Positions 55,506-61,603 of a DNA stretch of 61,603 nt are shown in pieces (the first letter of the stretch is position 1; every line of letters begins with the position of its first letter). The notes beneath the pieces are model-generated. The model made no database searches. It was not told where the DNA came from and worked only from the letters and a program-made list of their open reading frames with translations. The position numbers were made by a program, and so were the translations under genes. This stretch comes from a virus (lineage: Duplodnaviria > Caudoviricetes): positions 1 to 61,603 of the IMG/VR virus record IMGVR_UViG_3300034101_004648. One strand, given 5' to 3'.

Positions 55506-56327
55506 ATGAAAACGAACTGGCTTGATCGGCTTCTCGGGATCGCCGATGAATGGCAGCGGCCATGGGCCACTGTGGACCCTGACCCCGCAGATCCTGGGGA
55601 TGGCGGCGGCGGCAGTGACGATGTAGACGCTGACGACCCCAGCCTGGGAGAAGCTGGCCAAAAGGCCCTCCGCGAGGAACGGGCGCTGCGGAAATCCCAA
55701 GGCACTGAACTGGCGCAACTTAAGGCCCAGCTGGAGCAGATGAAGGGGCTAGTAAGCCCTGAGACCTTTGCCCAGGCCCAGGCCCAGGCGACGGCGCTGC
55801 AGCAGCAGCTGGCCGATCAACAACAAAGCACCGCGGCCGAGCGGCAGCGCCTGGAGGCCAAGGCCAACGATCGAGTGAGCAAGGCCGAAGCCCGCGCCAC
55901 CAAGGCCGAGGCCGATCGCATTGCGCTGCAGGTTCGCACCGCCGCGCAGAACCTGTTCATGGCGACCGGAGGCCGCGATGGCGGCGATGGCGGCGGGCAG
56001 ACCTATTTCGATGCCTGGTTCGCGTTCCACGGCAGCCGCCACATCAAGGTGGATCCGGCCACCGGGAAGGAGTACATCGTTGATTCCGATGGCGATCCTG
56101 TAAAGCAGGGCGATCAGAACGTGGATCCCGTGGCGTGGATCAACGAGCAGGCGGACAACAGCCCCGTGGTCGGGTCGTTCTTCAAGCCCAAAGGCGGCAG
56201 CGGTGGCGGCGGCCTGGTCGGTGCCCGCGGCTTCCGCACCTCGCAGGGGCTGTCCCCAGAGCAGGTGAAGGCCATGTCACCCAGCGAAAAACTGGCCGCC
56301 CACCGGGAGGCGTCCGCCCGCCGCTGA
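55506..56327 (+). CDS. capsid scaffolding protein
   Basis: LGEAGQKALREER coiled coil, FFKPKGGSGGG, MSPSEKL; directly upstream of the major capsid gene. Confidence 0.75.
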   Translation: MKTNWLDRLLGIADEWQRPWATVDPDPADPGDGGGGSDDVDADDPSLGEAGQKALREERALRKSQGTELAQLKAQLEQMKGLVSPETFAQAQAQATALQQQLADQQQSTAAERQRLEAKANDRVSKAEARATKAEADRIALQVRTAAQNLFMATGGRDGGDGGGQTYFDAWFAFHGSRHIKVDPATGKEYIVDSDGDPVKQGDQNVDPVAWINEQADNSPVVGSFFKPKGGSGGGGLVGARGFRTSQGLSPEQVKAMSPSEKLAAHREASARR

Positions 56328-56343
56328 GGCGGCCCCGGCGGAC

Positions 56344-56353
56344 CGGGAAAACT
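56344..56353 (+). promoter_or_regulatory. late motif CGGGAAAACT
   Basis: 168 nt before the major capsid start, with a structured leader in between. Confidence 0.65.
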
Positions 56354-56355
56354 GC

Positions 56356-56468
56356 GGGTGATCCCAAAGCGCGATGCGGCGGGATCACCCCTCAAGCGCG
56401 ATGCGGCAGGGGCAACCGAATCCTCCGAGCCCTGGCTTGTCGGCGTGGCGCGATGCCTGTCCAGACAA
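56356..56468 (+). promoter_or_regulatory. structured 5' leader of the major capsid gene: three hairpins carrying GC-GCGAT-GC
   Basis: Stems GGGTGATCCC/GGGATCACCC, CCCT/AGGG and TTGTC/GACAA each enclose GCGCGATGC. Confidence 0.6.
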
Positions 56469-56511
56469 CCACTGAGCGACGGACCCGCCCACATCTACCC
56501 CCTTCCCAATC

Positions 56512-57489
56512 GTGGCCGTAACCACCTACCACCAGATTTTTGAGCGCAAGAGCTTTGAAGCCGATGCAAACATGCAGGAGCTTGCTGTTATCGAGACGAT
56601 GCTCGACAACGGCCCCCTCTTTGCGCGGATTCCGTTCAAGGACATCACTGGCCCTGCTGAAGTGTGGAGCCTGAGGGATGAGCTGCCCAACGTTGAGGCT
56701 CGCCTTCTGGATGAGAAGCCTCGGAACGGGCGCGGCAGCTCTGTCCCCCAATCTACGATCACCTCGATCTACACCGCTGACATTGAAACCGATGTTCAGC
56801 GCTTGGCTCGCGAAGGTCGCGACGCTCACGACAGCGAGGTTCTCGCCAACGCCACCTCCATCCGTATTCGGCTGGAGAGCGACTTTATCCGCGGCAGCTT
56901 TAACGCCACCAATGGCAGGTCGTTCAACGGCCTCGCCAATCTGATCAAGCCTGAGTCCACCAATAGCCAGGCCATCGCCAATCATGCCTCCGGCGCCGCG
57001 CTCAAGCTGTCGGCCTTGAACGACATGATCAATCAGGTTGATGCCCCTCCATCACGGAAAAAGCTGATCTTCCCTAAGGCACTGCGGCCCGCCCTGCAGG
57101 CCCTGAAGTCTGATCAGACCCTGATGGGCAATCTGCAAATTCAGCCAAACGACATCGGGCAGCCGGCAATGTTCTACGACGAGGCGGAAATCATTCTCAC
57201 GGACGTTGACCCCCTTAACGCACCCATCCAAGGCTTTACCGAAGGGAGCGGGAGTAATACCTGCTCTATCTATTGCGTCGCTCTTGGCGAAAACGAAGTC
57301 TACATGGCCCAGGGGCTCAGCATGGTCAACGGCGAGCTGCAGCCGGGGCTGGTTGTCTACGACGTGGGCGAGTCCTATCAAACGACTCATTTCAAGACCC
57401 GGATCAGTATTGACTGCGCACTGGTTGTCAAGAACCCCCGCAAGGCTGCCCGCCTTTACAACGTGACCAAGGCCAATTTTGCGGCCTGA
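56512..57489 (+). CDS. major capsid protein (HK97 fold)
   Basis: 325 aa; IPFKDI, FIRG...FNGL, SIYCVALG, AARLYNV; follows the scaffold gene. Confidence 0.8.
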   Translation: MAVTTYHQIFERKSFEADANMQELAVIETMLDNGPLFARIPFKDITGPAEVWSLRDELPNVEARLLDEKPRNGRGSSVPQSTITSIYTADIETDVQRLAREGRDAHDSEVLANATSIRIRLESDFIRGSFNATNGRSFNGLANLIKPESTNSQAIANHASGAALKLSALNDMINQVDAPPSRKKLIFPKALRPALQALKSDQTLMGNLQIQPNDIGQPAMFYDEAEIILTDVDPLNAPIQGFTEGSGSNTCSIYCVALGENEVYMAQGLSMVNGELQPGLVVYDVGESYQTTHFKTRISIDCALVVKNPRKAARLYNVTKANFAA

Positions 57490-57526
57490 TTTAATCTGTC
57501 TCCTTCTCTTTACCCCCTGATTCATC

Positions 57527-58240
57527 ATGCCTGCTGCAGTTGGCTACACGCCTCAACGAGCCGCCCGGATTGACCGGGACAGTATCTTGCTCGGCTCGGT
57601 CTCTGCTGGTGTGAACGGTGACGGCGACCTCGAAGCCGCCGCCACCCGCACCGGTGCCGCCCGCCTCCTGGAGGGGCGCCTCAACCCCTATGACAACTGG
57701 AAGGTCGTCGCTGTGGGCGGCCAGTCCAGCTCTGCTGGTGGCTACCTCGTCCAAGCCGCTCACGTGGCCCAAGGTGACGCCCTGGCCAATGCCTCGGCAT
57801 GGGCCACCATCGGCGCGATCGCTTTCAGCGGGACCGCTGAGATCCCACTGGGGTTCACCGGCGATCAGTCCGAAGCCTTGGTGCGGGCCGCCGCCGTTGC
57901 GGCAGGCGCTGCGATCACCGGCAAGGTCCGGGTGACCGCGCTCCGGCTTCGCCCTGGCACCGGCAACCTCTCGATCAGCAACATTGCGCTCACCAGTAAC
58001 GTGGTCACAGTCACGTTGAGTGCCGCGCACACCATGTTGCCGGGTGAAGTTGTAACGGTGGTTTGCTCTAATACCGCCGTGAATGGCACCTTCCCAGTGA
58101 AGACGACCCCGCTCGCCACGACCTTCACCTACGACCTGACCGCCAGCAACATCACCAGCGCCTCGGCGACTGGCACCGTGTCGAACGGAGTCGCTGTCCC
58201 CAGCGGCACCGGGAACCGCATCCATCTCCAGAGGACCTGA
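57527..58240 (+). CDS. capsid decoration-like protein with an inserted beta-barrel domain
   Basis: Follows the major capsid gene; shares a domain with the tail tube protein. Confidence 0.55.
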   Translation: MPAAVGYTPQRAARIDRDSILLGSVSAGVNGDGDLEAAATRTGAARLLEGRLNPYDNWKVVAVGGQSSSAGGYLVQAAHVAQGDALANASAWATIGAIAFSGTAEIPLGFTGDQSEALVRAAAVAAGAAITGKVRVTALRLRPGTGNLSISNIALTSNVVTVTLSAAHTMLPGEVVTVVCSNTAVNGTFPVKTTPLATTFTYDLTASNITSASATGTVSNGVAVPSGTGNRIHLQRT

Positions 58241-58261
58241 CCCTCGGGTTTGTTCATCCAC

Positions 58262-58284
58262 GGGGAGGCTTCGGCCTCCCCTTT
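58262..58284 (+). terminator. intrinsic terminator
   Basis: GGGGAGGC-TTCG-GCCTCCCC-TTT. Confidence 0.75.
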
Positions 58285-58301
58285 CCTGCAGGAGCAACTA
58301 C

Positions 58302-58568
58302 ATGGGACTTCACGTGATCAGCGCTTGCCCTGGGATGACCTGGGATCCGGGCGCCGGGTGGGCGGGGCCCGTTCAAGGCAGTGCAGCTGACGAACAGGCC
58401 GCAGCCCCCGAGAGCCCGGCGCAAGGGCAGGGCAGGTTGAGCCGGCTTGCTGGGCGCCGCCGGGCCCGCACCGATAGCGGCACCTTTCCGGCGGACGACC
58501 CGGCCACGCCAGCAGTGAACGAAGCCTTTGAGGAGGTGGCGGAGCCCAGCGCCGAGGCCAGGCCTTAG
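58302..58568 (+). CDS. small head-module protein with RAR..GTF.ADDP.TP.VNEA motif
   Basis: ATG with AGGAG ribosome-binding site. Confidence 0.55.
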   Translation: MGLHVISACPGMTWDPGAGWAGPVQGSAADEQAAAPESPAQGQGRLSRLAGRRRARTDSGTFPADDPATPAVNEAFEEVAEPSAEARP

Positions 58569-58569
58569 C

Positions 58570-58579
58570 CGGGAAAACT
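58570..58579 (+). promoter_or_regulatory. late motif CGGGAAAACT
   Basis: 48 nt before TTG 58618. Confidence 0.65.
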
Positions 58580-58617
58580 AGAGCAGTGATCAACGCGGGC
58601 ACCAACAGGGAAACGCC

Positions 58618-61603
58618 TTGGCAAACCAGACCGTCACTACCACAGTCAATTACGACAGCGCCGCGATAAACGGGCTGCTTGACGGCGAGAGCATCACGAT
58701 CAACGGCGGGTCGCTCACGATCAATGCTGACACGCGCTGGAACCAGCAGGCGGCGGTTTTTGGCAACATCCCGGTGTCGTCAACCTTGGGTGGCGTGGTT
58801 GCGATTGATGGCACCCAGGTATGGGAAGTGCCTTTTAGCGCATCGACTGGCAACGTACCGACTCAGGCTGCGCTTGGCGGCAATGGCGTCACAGGCGGCA
58901 CCAGCGGGGCCGCAGGCGAGCTTACGCGGGTGTGGGCAAGCGGATCGTTCACACCTGCCACGGCGGGCGGCGCGATGCCTGCGGCGGGGTTCATCAAGCT
59001 GCGGTCCAAGAACGGAAATTTCCAAGGGGGCGAGACAATCGCCTTGCCGGGTGGGGCCACTATCATCGCCGCCAATGCGGGCAAGCGCAGTTGGATTCAC
59101 GTTGTTGGGGCAAGCGGTTCAACAATGACCACGCCCCGCATGGCGAGCGTCTCAGCTACAGGGGATTGGTACGTAATCGGTGAAACTGACGGCTCTGACA
59201 ATCAGGCATTACAGATGCCTGTGCGCGACGAATTTCCCGCCTTGCAGGTTGAGACTGCGCCGGGATCGGGCGTTTATGAGTGGTGGGCCAATGCGGCTGA
59301 CGCTTGGAATGGCCTATACCCCAGCACAGACTTGGCATCAGGGAATACCAACACAACCTTCACGCGAAACGCAATCGCCGGTCCTGCAAATTATCCAGCG
59401 GCGGAACGTGTGCGGGAGACTGCGGCAAACGGCGTTCACTCGTGGAACGGTCAGAACCTGCAAGCTACACAGATGGACGGAGGGTCATATACACACCGCG
59501 CCATCGTCAAGCAGGAAACACGCCAGTGGTGCGTGGTGCAGATTTCCACGAATGGCGGAGCTACCCGTTTTGGCGCACTGGTGGATCTGGTTGCCGGCAC
59601 GATTATAGCAACCCCAACCGTGGGGAGCCCGACTGGCACCGCATCCTCGATTACTTCGCTGGGTGGAGGTTGGTATGAGGTCAGTGTCACGCTCGATCAT
59701 ATCAACAACACCATCCTGACTAGCTTTGTTGCCCTGTCGGATTCCGCCACCCCGACCTATTCAAGCGGTCTGCCAACCTACACCGGCAACGTGGCACAGG
59801 GAATGTATGTGGGGTTCTGGACTGTCGTTCAAAACAGCCACGCCTTCATCCCGACCGACGTGCGCGGCAAGTTTTTCTACTCCGATCCCTTCACCGGCAC
59901 CATTCAGTTCGCCAAGCGCGGGGCTAACAATGCAGGCTTCAAGCCCGCCTCTGGTTTGAAAATCAGAATCCCGAACGTCATTCTCGGGACTTCAACGGCG
60001 GCAGATTACACCGCTCAATATGTTTCGTATCAGGCGCGGTACGGGATGAATATCTCGGGGGGTGTGTTCAATCAAGATACTGTCGCTTTTGGTTGGCAGT
60101 TGACAAACGTTACTCCCATCACGTTCACCCTCAAGAACTCAGCTTTTGCAAATACTCTGTCCATCTTAAACTTCTATATTGAAATTCGAAATTCGTGTAT
60201 CGCGCCGGTTCTTTACCAAATTGGTAACGGATTGACGCTTCAAAACAGCGCGAATTTATTTCTATATGACTCTAGGATTGTGCGGGCATCTGGTGGTGCT
60301 TTCACCACTGTAGCTTCAGCAAATATCAATGCGTATAATTCCAGATTTGAGCAGATCAAGCAGGGGGGGCAGGGCCGTTCACAAAGAACCGCTGCTTTTG
60401 GGCAGAATCCTATTCTGGTAGCGGTGGTGTCGTCTGGCGGCGAATTTGTGGATTGCACGCTTGTCGGCGGAGCGGCCAACTTCAATGTGCAGAATTTTGA
60501 TATTCGGAACCCGACGCATTGCGACAACATGGCGGGCACTACACCTGCCTTGGCATCACGCGCGATTAGTGTGCAGGGCACCAATATCTTGGTTGAAGGG
60601 ATGGCCGCCCTGCCAGGGATAGACAATAATCACCCATTCACTGAATATATTAACACAACAGGCTTCACATCTAATCTCACCGTTCGGAACATTGGCTCTC
60701 CCGCCGCCCCGCTGAACGCGGGCACCATCAACCCCGCTGGATATATTGTCTCAGTTGGCGCGGCAGGGACAACCTCCGAGGTGCGGCGGTGCTACGCGAT
60801 TAATTTGCGGGTGGGCGTTATTCAACAGGTTGTTTCTGCCCCGGTTTTTGCCGTCTATGATGTTTGGGGCGACGGCACTACGCCGCAAACCATAGCGACG
60901 GCAAACGCCATTTCTCGCGGCGGTCGCTGGACCAATCAGCGGACTGGCCTGTCTGGCAACGCAGGATCGCATTGGGACGACGCCTACAATTCGACCACCA
61001 CTGGCCGAATTACCATTATGGCAAACGAACCAACATCGGCTTCGGCAGCGCAGTGTTCAGCCACACTCGGTGCTGGTTCCGGCTTTAACGGCTCTGGCTC
61101 GATGATTATTTCGCGCCTGGATGACATGGTGAACTGGACCACGCCGCTTAAAATGTATGGCCACACCGCCCTTGCGGGTGGCTGCGCGCTTGCGGGAACA
61201 GACTGCCAAAACCTGATCTTTGAATACAAGATTGATACGGGATCGGGCTACGGCGCGTCCTGGGCGTTCCTCGCGAATACCGTGCGCCGGGCGAGCGGCG
61301 GTGTACTGGGTGGCAATACGGTCACGGTCACCACGGCGGATCGGACCGCCCTGACGCGCCAGCCCCAAGTGGGGGATTTCGTGCAGACAGGCCTGTTCAA
61401 GCTGCCAGCCAATACGACCGTCACCAATATCGCGGGCGATGTCATCACCTGCTCAAACAACTTCACGGCCAACCTCGCGACGAACGAGTTTGTCACCTTC
61501 TCCCCGGTCAACGTGGCAGTGACGGCGGCGAATGGGTATCTGCTTCAGGTTCGCACCTACCCGACCGTAGCGGCTGCGACCACGCTGCTGACCGCGTTTA
61601 GTA
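58618..61603 (+). CDS. large Gly/Thr/Ala-rich virion fibre-like protein (partial, runs off the window)
   Basis: TTG start, MANQTVTTTVNYDSAAINGLLDGESITINGG...; frame appears open to the window end; absent from the ORF track because it has no stop. Confidence 0.7.
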   Translation, partial: MANQTVTTTVNYDSAAINGLLDGESITINGGSLTINADTRWNQQAAVFGNIPVSSTLGGVVAIDGTQVWEVPFSASTGNVPTQAALGGNGVTGGTSGAAGELTRVWASGSFTPATAGGAMPAAGFIKLRSKNGNFQGGETIALPGGATIIAANAGKRSWIHVVGASGSTMTTPRMASVSATGDWYVIGETDGSDNQALQMPVRDEFPALQVETAPGSGVYEWWANAADAWNGLYPSTDLASGNTNTTFTRNAIAGPANYPAAERVRETAANGVHSWNGQNLQATQMDGGSYTHRAIVKQETRQWCVVQISTNGGATRFGALVDLVAGTIIATPTVGSPTGTASSITSLGGGWYEVSVTLDHINNTILTSFVALSDSATPTYSSGLPTYTGNVAQGMYVGFWTVVQNSHAFIPTDVRGKFFYSDPFTGTIQFAKRGANNAGFKPASGLKIRIPNVILGTSTAADYTAQYVSYQARYGMNISGGVFNQDTVAFGWQLTNVTPITFTLKNSAFANTLSILNFYIEIRNSCIAPVLYQIGNGLTLQNSANLFLYDSRIVRASGGAFTTVASANINAYNSRFEQIKQGGQGRSQRTAAFGQNPILVAVVSSGGEFVDCTLVGGAANFNVQNFDIRNPTHCDNMAGTTPALASRAISVQGTNILVEGMAALPGIDNNHPFTEYINTTGFTSNLTVRNIGSPAAPLNAGTINPAGYIVSVGAAGTTSEVRRCYAINLRVGVIQQVVSAPVFAVYDVWGDGTTPQTIATANAISRGGRWTNQRTGLSGNAGSHWDDAYNSTTTGRITIMANEPTSASAAQCSATLGAGSGFNGSGSMIISRLDDMVNWTTPLKMYGHTALAGGCALAGTDCQNLIFEYKIDTGSGYGASWAFLANTVRRASGGVLGGNTVTVTTADRTALTRQPQVGDFVQTGLFKLPANTTVTNIAGDVITCSNNFTANLATNEFVTFSPVNVAVTAANGYLLQVRTYPTVAAATTLLTAFS

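Noticed and set aside
961-58579. CGGGAAAACT as a mobile repeat, uptake sequence or ribosome-binding site
   Set aside because: It is single-stranded in orientation, confined to late genes, and too far from the start codons to be a Shine-Dalgarno sequence
49683-61603. Diversity-generating retroelement acting on tail genes
   Set aside because: No reverse transcriptase and no template/variable repeat pair with adenine-specific differences was seen

Overview
The window is a near-complete (~62 kb), GC-rich temperate siphovirus-type phage genome. Its cyAbrB regulator and NblA-like gene point to a picocyanobacterial (Cyanobium/Synechococcus-like) host. No host genes are visible, and virion genes lie on both sides of the integrase, so this looks like a circularly permuted, excised form with attP intact. 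Gene order: end of virion genes and holin-like genes; tyrosine integrase; leftward early block (excisionase, ASCH, mini-PolX, RecE-like nuclease and partner, repressor-like HTH, cyAbrB, RusA, replication initiator with iterons); rightward block (TerS-like, small accessory genes, dCTP deaminase, TerL, phage sigma factor, portal, MuF); neck and tail genes interrupted by an inverted endolysin/NblA-like block; tape measure and tail tip; then scaffold, major capsid and a large fibre-like protein that runs off the end. Four features stand out. (1) Seventeen copies of CGGGAAAACT on the + strand, 14 of them 30-36 nt before a late-gene start, matching a phage-encoded SigF/SigB-type sigma factor. (2) Five dispersed, very basic proteins share an N-terminal RDxxGRF leader; the four long ones also share an internal motif and end in unrelated C-terminal modules (one a HExxH peptidase), and each has its own late promoter. 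This is a candidate polymorphic capsid-cargo system. (3) GCGAU-loop hairpins recur in the scaffold and capsid mRNA leaders. (4) A lambda-type GGGAAAG -1 frameshift sits in a displaced tail chaperone. All calls come from reading motifs by eye; no database searches were run.
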